Below are positions 8,463 to 17,958 of a DNA stretch of 53,246 nt, piece by piece. How positions within the stretch are numbered: the first letter of the stretch is position 1; each line of letters opens with the position of its first letter. The stretch is from contig JAZLAV010000021.1 of the NCBI GenBank assembly GCA_045613315.1, forward strand, positions 1 to 53,246. Reading direction: 5' to 3'. This stretch comes from Candidatus Enterousia sp. GTDB taxonomy: Bacteria; Pseudomonadota; Alphaproteobacteria; Rs-D84. Under the pieces are notes generated by a model. The model ran no database searches. It was not told the DNA's origin and saw only the letters and a list, made by a program, of their open reading frames with translations. The translations under genes were made by a program, and so were the position numbers.

Positions 8463-9047
8463 TTATTTATTGTTTTTTTGATACGGATTGCCGACCATCA
8501 CGGTTGGCAACAACGCCACAATCAGCCCAATTTCCGCACCACACAGCCAAACGCCACCAACATACACGGGGACCAAACTGAATATGTACAGCACCCACAG
8601 CCATGCCGACAACCCCGCATCGTGCATACGGCGCGTGAACATCGATATTGCCGGTATTATCGCCGCGACCAAATACACCACAAACGCAAACATACCGATT
8701 ATTGACAATAATGCCGGATGGCCCCACAATGCCATTTCCACCCCGGCGACGACAGACAGAACCGCACAAAACATTAACATTACCAATACATTACCAACCC
8801 ACGCCAACCAGTATTCTGACCGCGAAGATGTTCCGGCCCACTCGCAAAATCCGCGACGCCAAAACGCGCGCCACGCGGCCCAAACACCCGTATATTTTGC
8901 GCCACACCCGCAACCACATGTGCACCCACCATTTTTATGGCATTCACATTCCGCGCCACATCCGCACCCACACGGACACGCCCCCCGTTTATCGTTAACC
9001 TTTCTAACTGATTTTACTGTTTTGACCGATTTTTTGGTTGTAGCCAT
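8463..9047 (-). CDS. DUF805 (YhaH-like) membrane protein with N-terminal Cys-rich segment
   Basis: GTSSRSEYW and RRMHDAGLSAW motifs; several TM segments; AGGAG RBS before ATG 9047. Confidence 0.85.
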   Translation of the reverse strand: MATTKKSVKTVKSVRKVNDKRGACPCGCGCGAECECHKNGGCTCGCGCGAKYTGVWAAWRAFWRRGFCEWAGTSSRSEYWLAWVGNVLVMLMFCAVLSVVAGVEMALWGHPALLSIIGMFAFVVYLVAAIIPAISMFTRRMHDAGLSAWLWVLYIFSLVPVYVGGVWLCGAEIGLIVALLPTVMVGNPYQKNNK

Positions 9048-9104
9048 TTTATACACTCCTTGCTTTTTCGGTGAATTATACCATAAATTGTGACATCGAA
9101 AAAC

Positions 9105-9127
9105 AAAAAACCGCCCGAAGGGGCGGT
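9105..9127 (-). terminator. Terminator after rpsU
   Basis: ACCGCCC-GAAG-GGGCGGT hairpin followed by a T-run on the minus strand. Confidence 0.7.
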
Positions 9128-9132
9128 GCGAG

Positions 9133-9339
9133 CTAGAATCCAAAGACCATACGCTGTTTTGATTGACGTTTCTTTTCGTTGCGAACGGCTTCTTCTTTTA
9201 AACGTTTGCGTTTTGTTGTTGGTTTTTCATAACGCTGACGTTCCTTCATTTCGCGGTACAGACCTTCTTTTTGCGATTTACGTTTTGCAACACGCAATGC
9301 CTGTTCAACATTATTGTCGCGAACCAGAACCTTGACCAT
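9133..9339 (-). CDS. rpsU: 30S ribosomal protein S21
   Basis: [18 protein letters not shown]...REMK..RYEKP, alphaproteobacterial type. Confidence 0.95.
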   Translation of the reverse strand: MVKVLVRDNNVEQALRVAKRKSQKEGLYREMKERQRYEKPTTKRKRLKEEAVRNEKKRQSKQRMVFGF

Positions 9340-9390
9340 ATTATAATTCACCCCCTTTGGCGAATTTGTATTGTGGTTAATCCAATGTTT

Positions 9391-9466
9391 TGGTGGAGCT
9401 GATCAGACTCGAACTGACGACCCCCTGCTTGCAAAGCAGGTGCTCTACCAACTGAGCTACAACCCC
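9391..9466 (-). tRNA. tRNA-Ala(TGC)
   Basis: Reverse complement GGGGTTGTAGCTCAGTTGGTAGAGCACCTGCTTTGCAAGCAGGGGGTCGTCAGTTCGAGTCTGATCAGCTCCACCA; cloverleaf with G3:U70 and encoded CCA. Confidence 0.97.
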
Positions 9467-9582
9467 AAAACTTTTACAAAGCCCACCCATATTACACACA
9501 TTACGAAAAAATGTCAAATATTTTGTTGCTTGATTTTATTGGCCCGCTGGGCTAAGATTTTTTGGATTAAAAAAGGACAATA

Positions 9583-10662
9583 ATGATAACATTATTTATG
9601 TTCGCATGTTTATGGATATGTACTGCCCATGGATTAAAATCATCGGCCGCCCTGACCTATGCGTTCTTATTATTTATTATTGTTACGGCCGTTTTCAATA
9701 TCGATTCCGTTTATCTGTTGCCGATTGTGGTCGTGTACGCGGCATTTGCAATTGTGGCTGTAATGATGCCATGGTCCCGGACCGAGGGCGACAAACCGCG
9801 CCACGCCATCAAACGTTGGTGGAAACATCCACGCGAACTTTTCGGATATCGTATTGCAAATGTATTATTGTTCTTTGCCCCGTTACCGGTTTTATCGTGG
9901 ATTGGTGGCACTGTATTGGGCGCAATTGGACCACTGTTAAAAAAGCGCCAACGAATAATGTATGAAAACCTTAAAATGATTATGCCGGAAAACGCGAATA
10001 AACAGTTTATGAAACGCGTGTGGTCAAATTGGGGCCGCGCCTTTGTCGAAGGGTTAAAATTACCAACATATCGTCGCAAAATGGACAAATACATTGTGTT
10101 TCGTAATCGGGACCTGTTTTATAAGCATCGGCAGTTTTTAATCGCCATGCCACATTTTGGATATATGGGACTTATGTCACTGGCATTTGTGAACAGCGAA
10201 AGGACCGTTGCCGTCACGTACAAGGCCGCGCGAAACCCACTGACCAACGATGTTATTTTACATAACTATGGCGCGGGATTTGTCAAAGAAGCCCATTTTA
10301 TTCCCGTTGGAAACGCGATACCAATGATTCGCGCGTTGCGCAATGGCGAAATATTGAATATAAATTCGGATCAACGTTTTCATGGCGCCCCCCTTGTTGA
10401 CTTTATGGGGGTTCCGGCAAAAACATCCACCGGCATTTCCCAATTGGCACGAAAATTTGATTTGCCCATCCTGTTGGGGCATATTGAACGCACCCGCGGC
10501 GCGCATCATGCAATCGTTTTTGACGAAATCGTCAATGTTCCACACACGGACAATCCTGACGACGACGAAATAAACGGTATCAAAATGGTAAATGACGCGA
10601 TGGGCCGTATTATCAAGAATAAACCCGACGAATATATGTGGATGCACAGACGTTGGGCATAA
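9583..10662 (+). CDS. Lipid A late acyltransferase family (LpxL/HtrB-like) with extra N-terminal membrane segments
   Basis: NLKMIMP, HFG, DQRF..G...VDFMG..A.T..G...LA.KF, PDEYMWMHRRW; adjacent to msbA. Confidence 0.85.
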   Translation: MITLFMFACLWICTAHGLKSSAALTYAFLLFIIVTAVFNIDSVYLLPIVVVYAAFAIVAVMMPWSRTEGDKPRHAIKRWWKHPRELFGYRIANVLLFFAPLPVLSWIGGTVLGAIGPLLKKRQRIMYENLKMIMPENANKQFMKRVWSNWGRAFVEGLKLPTYRRKMDKYIVFRNRDLFYKHRQFLIAMPHFGYMGLMSLAFVNSERTVAVTYKAARNPLTNDVILHNYGAGFVKEAHFIPVGNAIPMIRALRNGEILNINSDQRFHGAPLVDFMGVPAKTSTGISQLARKFDLPILLGHIERTRGAHHAIVFDEIVNVPHTDNPDDDEINGIKMVNDAMGRIIKNKPDEYMWMHRRWA

Positions 10663-12491
10663 TGGGGAAAAGGAAAACTATGACAAAACTTGTAAAAGAC
10701 ATAAAAAGACTTTTCAACAAACACGACAACGATGTTGACGCGGGCCGCGTTAAATGGTCGCTTTATTGGCGCGTATGGCGCGAAATCGGCATTCCCCAAT
10801 TAAAATGGCTAATTGCCGGTGTCGTGGCAACGGTTTTGGCGGCATCCGCCGAAGCATACACAATCACCCTGGTTCAACAGGTCGTTGACAAGGCATTTAT
10901 CGAAAAATCTATGGCGACGATATATTTTCTAGGTGTACAAATAATTATCGCATATGGATTAAAGGGCGTATTTACATATTCCAAATCACTTATCATGTCC
11001 AAGGGCGGTCTTATCGCATACGCGCGTCTGGAAAAACGTATTTATGACCATATGGTCCATATGAATTTAGCCCGCTTCTATGGTGATGGGTTTGGTAAAA
11101 ACTTGAACTATTTCACGGTCCAGGCGGGCGCGGTATTGTCGTTGGTCACAACCGCGGTTGTCCAATTTATCCAAAACGTGGCCACATTGGCAATGACATT
11201 GGCATTGATGGTGTATTACGCACCACAAATGTGCGTCGTATTGTTGTTTTTGGTTCCGGCGCTGCTTATTCCGATGGCGGTCATTATGCGCCGCAAACGC
11301 AAACTGTCACGCAAAGGATTCAAAATCGCGAACGATGTATCCCAGTGTTTAAACCAAACATTACGCGGCATAAAAACGATACAATCGTTCGCAACCGAAG
11401 ATCGCGAATTGGATAACTTTGTTCGTGTATTGAACAAATCAAATTCCAACGCATATAAAAACACCCAGGCCAGTGCCCTGCGGTCGCCGTTAATGGAATT
11501 TATGATTTCCATCGGGCTTTGTATCGCAATGATTATGGGCGGACACTTTATTACCAGTGGTGCGATTACAACCGGTGATTTTACTGCGTTTTTATTGGCC
11601 CTGACCGCGGCATACAGACCCGCGAAAAGCATCACCGGCACGGGCGAATCCATGCAACACGGTATTTTGGCGGCGGAAATCTTATTTGAATTCTTGGACA
11701 GCAAACCAGACATCGTTGATGCGCCCGATGCACGCGAATTGACGGCAAAAAATATGTCTGTCGATTTCAGCCATGTGTCGTTTGCATATAACGAAAACGA
11801 ACCCGTGTTGCGCGACATTGATTTTCATGTACCCGCTGGAACGGTGTGCGCATTTGTCGGCGAATCGGGCGGTGGCAAAACAACCATGTTTAATTTGATT
11901 CAACGGTTCTATGACCCGCAAAGCGGAAAGATTTCTATAAATCGCACCGACATCAAGAAATACACCCTGCATTCGTTGCGTAAAAATATATCCGAAGTAT
12001 CCCAAGATGTATTTTTGTTCAACGACACAATCGAAGAAAACATTAAATACGGTCGCCCCGATGCAACCCACGAAGAAGTTGTTGCGGCGGCCCGTGCGGC
12101 AAACGCACATGATTTTATTATGGAATTTGCGGACGGGTATAATTCATCGGTCGGCGAAGGTGGCGGTTTGTTGTCGGGCGGGCAAAAACAACGCATCGCG
12201 ATTGCGCGTGCAATATTAAAAGATGCCCCTATTCTGTTGATGGACGAAGCCACATCCGCCCTGGACACGCAAAGCGAAAAACTGATTCAGTCGGCATTAA
12301 CCGGTTTGATGCGCGGTCGCACAACATTTGTTATTGCGCACCGATTGTCCACTATTTTGGACGCAGATATGATATGCGTTATCAAAGACGGTCAAATCAT
12401 CGAACGCGGAACCGATGCCGAACTGTGTGCATTGGGTGGCGAATACAAACATTTGCGTGACATCCAATTTAAAAGCAAGGGCAAAAAATAA
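10662..12491 (+). CDS. msbA: ABC transporter permease/ATPase, lipid A flippase MsbA-like
   Basis: Multi-TM domain; GESGGGKTT Walker A; LSGGQKQRIAIARA; MDEATSALD; start at 10662 or 10680. Confidence 0.85.
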   Translation: MGKRKTMTKLVKDIKRLFNKHDNDVDAGRVKWSLYWRVWREIGIPQLKWLIAGVVATVLAASAEAYTITLVQQVVDKAFIEKSMATIYFLGVQIIIAYGLKGVFTYSKSLIMSKGGLIAYARLEKRIYDHMVHMNLARFYGDGFGKNLNYFTVQAGAVLSLVTTAVVQFIQNVATLAMTLALMVYYAPQMCVVLLFLVPALLIPMAVIMRRKRKLSRKGFKIANDVSQCLNQTLRGIKTIQSFATEDRELDNFVRVLNKSNSNAYKNTQASALRSPLMEFMISIGLCIAMIMGGHFITSGAITTGDFTAFLLALTAAYRPAKSITGTGESMQHGILAAEILFEFLDSKPDIVDAPDARELTAKNMSVDFSHVSFAYNENEPVLRDIDFHVPAGTVCAFVGESGGGKTTMFNLIQRFYDPQSGKISINRTDIKKYTLHSLRKNISEVSQDVFLFNDTIEENIKYGRPDATHEEVVAAARAANAHDFIMEFADGYNSSVGEGGGLLSGGQKQRIAIARAILKDAPILLMDEATSALDTQSEKLIQSALTGLMRGRTTFVIAHRLSTILDADMICVIKDGQIIERGTDAELCALGGEYKHLRDIQFKSKGKK

Positions 12492-12567
12492 TATTGACAA
12501 ATTGTCAAACTGTGCAACACTATACTCATAACTTACACAAATTATGTAAAAACAAAGGATATTATTT

Positions 12568-13068
12568 ATGAGTAAAAAAAAGACACCGGCATACCAATTA
12601 CCAACATTTACGTCGGACACAGTAAAACAAACACTTGATTCCATTATCAAGGAAATATCGAAAACCGAAGTAAAAAACATTAATTATGACACACCACTTA
12701 ATGGTGAATATTTAAGTTTGGATTCTTTGGACAAGGTTCTTATTTTGGAAGAGGCAAACCGTCGTTTCTATATAACCATTCCTGATTATTTCGTCATGAA
12801 ATCGTTCCAGGATTTGTTCGAAGTGTGTATGACGCAATTATTCAAAAACGGTCGGTTGGTTGTAAATAACACACGTAATGCCACATCGCCGATTGACATG
12901 GAACATGCCATCGCGCAAAAATCCGCGACCAAGGCAGATGATATTGTTGCCAAGGGCGCAAAACCAACATCAATGGTCACCGTACCCCAGGCACTTTTGG
13001 ATGAATATTCCGCTACCCTGAAACGTGCGGTTATGTTGGAACAACAAATTAAAAAATATTCCAAATAA
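12568..13068 (+). CDS. Acyl-carrier-protein-like domain protein with C-terminal extension
   Basis: LSLDSLDKVLILEEANRRFYITIPD matches the ACP DSL phosphopantetheine-site helix pattern; AAGGA RBS. Confidence 0.65.
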   Translation: MSKKKTPAYQLPTFTSDTVKQTLDSIIKEISKTEVKNINYDTPLNGEYLSLDSLDKVLILEEANRRFYITIPDYFVMKSFQDLFEVCMTQLFKNGRLVVNNTRNATSPIDMEHAIAQKSATKADDIVAKGAKPTSMVTVPQALLDEYSATLKRAVMLEQQIKKYSK

Positions 13069-13136
13069 TTATAAAAACGATTATTGCCCATTTGGGCAAT
13101 ATCGCAAACATCATAAAAAAAACAGGGTTCAAAAAA

Positions 13137-13583
13137 ATGACGGAACAAATGACAAAGGAAAAGCGTCTGCGTGCATTTACGCCAGACACAGTGAAACATA
13201 TACTTGAAACCATGATAAATGGTATGTTCGCAATTGACACACAAAAAATCCACGGCAGCTCGCGCTTGGGCGACGATTTTAATTTGGATTCTTTGGACGA
13301 ACTGGCACTTATCCACGAAGCAGAACGGGCGTTTCATATAACCATTATGAACTTTCGTGCCCATGCCACATTCCAAGATTTGTTGGACGCATGTATTAAA
13401 CAATTGGCCGACGCAGGTCGATTGGCTGGTGCGCCCCAGGAAACAAATAAACAAGCCCCGGCCCAAAAGCCATCAAAACGGGAACAAATGGTTGTCATTC
13501 CACGTAAACTTTGGAACAAATATACAAAAATCTTGGACCATGCGAATTCATTGGCCAAAAAATTAAAACATCACACAAAATAA
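13137..13583 (+). CDS. Acyl-carrier-protein-like domain protein with C-terminal extension (paralog of 12568..13068)
   Basis: SRLGDDFNLDSLDELALIHEAERAFHITI; shares FT.DTVK..L and MV..P..L with the upstream gene. Confidence 0.7.
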   Translation: MTEQMTKEKRLRAFTPDTVKHILETMINGMFAIDTQKIHGSSRLGDDFNLDSLDELALIHEAERAFHITIMNFRAHATFQDLLDACIKQLADAGRLAGAPQETNKQAPAQKPSKREQMVVIPRKLWNKYTKILDHANSLAKKLKHHTK

Positions 13584-13608
13584 AAATCGCCCGATTGGGC
13601 GATTTTTA
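13581..13608. terminator. Bidirectional terminator between the ACP-like gene and clpB
   Basis: TAAAAATCGCCC-GATT-GGGCGATTTTTA between convergent genes. Confidence 0.85.
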
Positions 13609-15663
13609 TTTTACCGTCAAATCTTTGCCGTGGGTATCGACGACAACGGTGCCCCCTTCAACAACCGCCCCGGACAAAATAAGATCTGCAATTTTATCTT
13701 CGACCGCCGACATAATAAGCCGTTTTAGTGGTCGTGCACCAAACACAGAATCATACCCGTTGTCCGCCAACCATTTAATTGCCTTGTCCGTGATGTCCAA
13801 TGTGATGCGCCGTTCCATCAGACGTTTTTCTAAATTACGAATTTGTATTTTGACAATACCCGTCATCACATCACGCCCCAGTGCGTTAAAGAACACTATT
13901 TCATCCACACGATTTATGAATTCGGGCCGGAAATTTTTCCGCACCGCATCCATATCGGGCAAATTACTGGTCATTATAATAATTGTGTTTGTGAAATTCA
14001 CAACATGCCCCTGGCCATCGGTCAACCGCCCATCGTCCAGTATTTGCAAAAACACATTGAACACATCGGGATGCGCCTTTTCAATTTCATCAAACAACAA
14101 CACCTGATACGGGCGGCGACGAACACTTTCCGTTAAGACACCACCGGCATCATATCCAACATACCCCGGGGGGGCACCGATTAAACGAGCAACCGAATGC
14201 GATTCCATAAATTCACTCATATCAATCCGGGTCATGGCAGTATCGTCGTTAAACAGATATTCTGCCAAGGCTTTCGCCACCTCGGTTTTACCGACGCCAG
14301 TTGGCCCCAGGAACATAAACGACCCCATTGGCCGATGCGGATCGGAAAGCCCCGCACGCGACCGCCGAATCGCACGTGCAACAATGGACAATGCATTATC
14401 TTGGCCCACGACACGTTTACGCAATTCATCTTCTATGTTTAACAGTTTTGATTGTTCCTCGACACTTAATCTGTCCGCCGGCACCCCGGTCCATTTACTG
14501 ACCACGTTGGCAATATGTTCCGGCAAAACGGTTTTGTATTCTTTGGATTCTGCGTTCATTTTTTTTATTTTTTCTTCCAATTCTGGAATTTTGCCATATT
14601 GAACCGCAGACGCCTTTTCATAATCACCCGCCCGCATAGCGGATGCAACTTCAGCTTTTGCTGCATCCAATGCCGCCATTGCGTCCGACAAACCGTGCAT
14701 TTTTTCCTGTTCGGCGCGCCATGCGGCCGTCATTTTTTCAGATTCCGCGGCGGCATCCGCAATAAGTTTTTCCAAATCCACCAACCGTTTTTTTGATTCT
14801 TCGTCTTTTTCTTTTTTAAGTGCCTGTTTTTCGATTTTCAATTGTGCCAATCGACGATCGACCTCGTCCAGGGCGTCTGGTTTTGATGAAACCTCGATAC
14901 GGACACGGGCGGCGGCTTCATCAATCAAATCGATTGCCTTGTCCGGCAGGTACCTGTCTGTAATATATCGATTCGATAATTTTACCGCCGAAACCAGCGC
15001 ACTGTCCGAAATACGCACACCATGGTGACCTTCGTATTTTTCTTTCAGCCCGCGCAAAATAGAAATTGTGTCTTCGACCGTTGGTTCTTCGATATACACC
15101 GGTTGGAATCGACGCGCCAACGCGGGGTCTTTTTCAATATACTGGCGATATTCGTCCAACGTGGTTGCGCCCATACAATGCAATTCGCCACGTGCCAACA
15201 TTGGTTTCAACAGGTTCCCCGCATCCATGGCCCCTTCGCCACGGCCCGCCCCGACCAAGTTATGTAATTCATCGATAAACAAAATTATTTGTCCGTTGGC
15301 ATCTTTAACGGCCCGCAATATGGCTTTCAATCGCGCTTCGAATTGTCCCCGAAACATCGCGCCCGCCATCATCGCCCCTAAATCCAACGACAACAGTTTT
15401 TTATTAACCAGGTTTTCCGGCACATCACGCGAAATTATTCGTTCCGCCAAACCTTCTATGATGGCCGTTTTACCAACACCGGGATTACCAATTAAAACCG
15501 GATTATTTTTGGTTCGGCGTGACAACACCTGGATTGTACGACGGATTTCTTCGTCGCGTCCAATAACCGGGTCCAATTTGCCGTCCGCCGCCAATTTGGT
15601 AAAATCAGTGGTGTATTTTTCAATCGCCTGTGCCGGCGTTTCGTTCATTTCTTCTGGATTCAT
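13606..15663 (-). CDS. clpB: ATP-dependent disaggregase ClpB lacking the N-terminal domain
   Basis: [21 protein letters not shown], coiled-coil M domain, [28 protein letters not shown]. Confidence 0.93.
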   Translation of the reverse strand: MNPEEMNETPAQAIEKYTTDFTKLAADGKLDPVIGRDEEIRRTIQVLSRRTKNNPVLIGNPGVGKTAIIEGLAERIISRDVPENLVNKKLLSLDLGAMMAGAMFRGQFEARLKAILRAVKDANGQIILFIDELHNLVGAGRGEGAMDAGNLLKPMLARGELHCMGATTLDEYRQYIEKDPALARRFQPVYIEEPTVEDTISILRGLKEKYEGHHGVRISDSALVSAVKLSNRYITDRYLPDKAIDLIDEAAARVRIEVSSKPDALDEVDRRLAQLKIEKQALKKEKDEESKKRLVDLEKLIADAAAESEKMTAAWRAEQEKMHGLSDAMAALDAAKAEVASAMRAGDYEKASAVQYGKIPELEEKIKKMNAESKEYKTVLPEHIANVVSKWTGVPADRLSVEEQSKLLNIEDELRKRVVGQDNALSIVARAIRRSRAGLSDPHRPMGSFMFLGPTGVGKTEVAKALAEYLFNDDTAMTRIDMSEFMESHSVARLIGAPPGYVGYDAGGVLTESVRRRPYQVLLFDEIEKAHPDVFNVFLQILDDGRLTDGQGHVVNFTNTIIIMTSNLPDMDAVRKNFRPEFINRVDEIVFFNALGRDVMTGIVKIQIRNLEKRLMERRITLDITDKAIKWLADNGYDSVFGARPLKRLIMSAVEDKIADLILSGAVVEGGTVVVDTHGKDLTVK

Positions 15664-15832
15664 CTGTCTGCCCCCAATACTTTTCTGTTATTTGTGTATA
15701 TAGTGTCATTTTTTCGCCTTTCAAGATACAGGAATCAAAGCCATAAAAATAAAAACACAAAAAATAAAAACATTTCTTGACTTTTTCGGTTTTTTGTTAT
15801 AAATTGGGGCGCAGTTATCAAAGGATTAAGTT

Positions 15833-16207
15833 ATGCCACGTGTATGTAATGTAACAGGTAAGAAGACAGAAGTTGGGATGAACGTTTCCCATTCTATGCG
15901 CCATACAAAGCGCACGTTCTTGCCGAATTTGCAAAAATTAAACTTTCACAGTGATATTTTAAATCGCGACTTTGCGTTGCGTATTTCGACGGCCGGTTTG
16001 CGTACATTGACCAAACACGGTGGATTGGATGGTTATGTAATGGCGAAACCTGTGTCGCGTTTAACACCGGAAATGTCGGCAATTAAAAAGGCCATTGAAA
16101 AGAAATCCGGCAAACCGGCGGCACCGACCAAGAAGCCCACACACAAGGCAAACCGCAGTGCCCGTTTGGTTAAAAAGGTTGAATCCAAGAAAGCCGTCGC
16201 GAAATAA
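15833..16207 (+). CDS. rpmB: 50S ribosomal protein L28 with Lys-rich C-terminal tail
   Basis: MPRVCNVTGK...NVSHSMRHTKRTFLPNLQ. Confidence 0.95.
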   Translation: MPRVCNVTGKKTEVGMNVSHSMRHTKRTFLPNLQKLNFHSDILNRDFALRISTAGLRTLTKHGGLDGYVMAKPVSRLTPEMSAIKKAIEKKSGKPAAPTKKPTHKANRSARLVKKVESKKAVAK

Positions 16208-16232
16208 TCGTGAATGCTTTTGGTTGGGTTAT

Positions 16233-16317
16233 GGCCCTGTGGCGGAATTGGTAGACGCGCTTGACTCAAAATCAAGTTCTGCAAGGAGTATCGGTTCGAG
16301 TCCGATCAGGGCCACCA
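16233..16317 (+). tRNA. tRNA-Leu(CAA)
   Basis: GGCCCTG/CAGGGCC acceptor stem, GGAATTGGTAGAC D-loop, CTTGA-CTCAAAA-TCAAG anticodon arm, long variable arm, GGTTCGAGTCC, ACCA. Confidence 0.97.
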
Positions 16318-16321
16318 AGAT

Positions 16322-16354
16322 AAAAAGACCGCAGATTCCTGCGGTTTTTTCTTT
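16322..16354 (+). terminator. Terminator after tRNA-Leu
   Basis: ACCGCAG-ATTC-CTGCGGT followed by TTTTTCTTT. Confidence 0.75.
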
Positions 16355-16400
16355 GTTTTATTGTCTTATATCTGCGGCAATTCGTAATTGTATTTTTATC

Positions 16401-16456
16401 ATATTTTTGCACAAATGGGTATATTTTTGCACAAATCTGCACAAAATCTGCACAAA
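16401..16456. repeat. Direct repeats ATATTTTTGCACAAAT x2 and TGCACAAA x4 (possible integrase arm-type sites)
   Basis: TGCACAAA at 16408, 16428, 16438 and 16449, about 90 bp downstream of the tRNA-Leu 3' end. Confidence 0.6.
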
Positions 16457-16522
16457 AAAATACCCACCGGAATGGTGGGATTTGGACACACAACAAATCA
16501 TAATAATTTTCGCCCCGGGCGG

Positions 16523-16969
16523 TCAAGCATTAAACAACCGATTGGCGCGGTTACCGGTATCAATATGTAACCAGTTAATGCCGTTTGGACATTCCTTGCT
16601 GTTCTGTTCAAAACACAAACAATTAAATACTGGGTCTGCCAACAATTGTTCGCGCACACGATTATATGCCGCCGCCTTGCCGGATCTGTTACCCGACCAC
16701 TGTAATTCAATCGAACGGATATGCATATCCAACGCACGACCAATTTTATGCATGCTGTATTTTGCCCCGGTGGCGCTTTGTGGGTCGCGCAGGCCACAAT
16801 CGGTCAATCCGCCACCATTTACTGTACATGGCCCGTATTTTTCACGTATTGCATCGGCCATACGCAACAATCTTTCGTCAAACAACGCCCACAGCGTGTT
16901 TTCCGGCAACGCTTTTACCAGCGCAGGCGCAACCAATTCCGAAATCTTGAAATACTTGCACTTGTACAT
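16523..16969 (-). CDS. Peptidase M15 family Zn peptidase (phage endolysin-like)
   Basis: YFKISELV; R...S-M-H..GRA.D (SxHxxxxAxD); WLHID; GGGGA RBS. Confidence 0.8.
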   Translation of the reverse strand: MYKCKYFKISELVAPALVKALPENTLWALFDERLLRMADAIREKYGPCTVNGGGLTDCGLRDPQSATGAKYSMHKIGRALDMHIRSIELQWSGNRSGKAAAYNRVREQLLADPVFNCLCFEQNSKECPNGINWLHIDTGNRANRLFNA

Positions 16970-17034
16970 ACTTTCCCCCTTGGTAATAAAAAAACCGCCC
17001 AAACGGACGGTTCCATGACATAAACACAAAACTT

Positions 17035-17220
17035 TTAATGCCAACACTGCTCACGCGCATATTCTTGCGTTTCGCCGTTTGACATATGATATTCAACACA
17101 TGAATCCTGCACACGACTATCGGCGATCCCCCAATAAACCACAAGCGCCGCCATCGCGCCATAATACAACGCAAATGGCGTTACGATAATCAACAATGCT
17201 CTTTTGATCCACTTTTTCAT
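17035..17220 (-). CDS. Small single-TM membrane protein with a Cys pair
   Basis: 61 aa, hydrophobic N-terminal half; start overlaps the end of the upstream ORF. Confidence 0.6.
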   Translation of the reverse strand: MKKWIKRALLIIVTPFALYYGAMAALVVYWGIADSRVQDSCVEYHMSNGETQEYAREQCWH

Positions 17221-17720
17221 TTTCTAAACCTTGAATCCCACACACCTGCCGTTGTGCCTGCATGCGGAACCATCTGTTCAACCGGAACACCGGGATTCTT
17301 TAATGCCATTATAATAGCATTTTTATTATTTTGCAAGTCCTTTTGGCGTTCTGCTTCGTTTTTTTCGTCATTCCAACCACGAACATATTTGTTTCGTGGC
17401 CAATCATAATTATTTTCCTTAAACTCGCCCAAATTGAACGCAAACAGGGCCGCGTCTGCACCCAATTGCGCCGCACGATACATGGCACGCTTGTGGTAAA
17501 AATCGTCCAGTTTTGTGCCGTCATAGCCCTTGTCCCCGGGCGCTTTAAGATAACGATTGTATGCTGTTACTGCTTTATTTATATCGTTCATGCGCGATAA
17601 TTCCTCTGCCAATATACCAGCAACACGCACCTTATTATATTGACGCATCAACCAATTGGGTCTGTTTTCTGTTTCCCGGGCGGCATTTAATGCCTCTATC
17701 AAGTCGTCGTATTGTTCCAT
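17217..17720 (-). CDS. Hypothetical protein with a serum amyloid A (SAA)-like motif
   Basis: DDFYHKRAMYRAAQLG resembles SAA DKYFHARGNYDAAKRG. Confidence 0.6.
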   Translation of the reverse strand: MEQYDDLIEALNAARETENRPNWLMRQYNKVRVAGILAEELSRMNDINKAVTAYNRYLKAPGDKGYDGTKLDDFYHKRAMYRAAQLGADAALFAFNLGEFKENNYDWPRNKYVRGWNDEKNEAERQKDLQNNKNAIIMALKNPGVPVEQMVPHAGTTAGVWDSRFRK

Positions 17721-17721
17721 T

Positions 17722-17958
17722 TTACACCACCCTTTTCACGAAACGCGCCACAAACAGCGCAATAATCGCCATCAGCGCCAATGCCAACGCATTGCGTTCC
17801 GTCCGGATTGGTTGTATTTGTAATTCACATGCGGCCGGCGCACCGGCAATAACCTCTTTGACCGCCGCAATTTCGGCCATCACTGCTTCGGTCTTGCATT
17901 CCGGCGCCAATGTTTTTTCCTGCGCAATAACCTGCCCCGTCAAGTACGCCCGGTTCAT
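17722..17958 (-). CDS. Small phage-like protein with C-terminal TM, probably 5'-truncated
   Basis: 78 aa ORF abutting the next gene (1-nt gap); C-terminal hydrophobic helix; no clear RBS. Confidence 0.4.
   Translation of the reverse strand: MNRAYLTGQVIAQEKTLAPECKTEAVMAEIAAVKEVIAGAPAACELQIQPIRTERNALALALMAIIALFVARFVKRVV

Noticed and set aside
16095-16207. Lys-rich C-terminal extension of L28 (and similar tail on S2)
   Set aside because: Low-complexity tails on ribosomal proteins are common and uninformative
16401-16456. Possible CRISPR array
   Set aside because: Repeats are 8-16 nt with 2-12 nt gaps, with no unique spacers and no cas genes
16095-17018. 307-aa plus-strand ORF
   Set aside because: Overlaps rpmB, tRNA-Leu and the antisense M15 peptidase; shadow ORF
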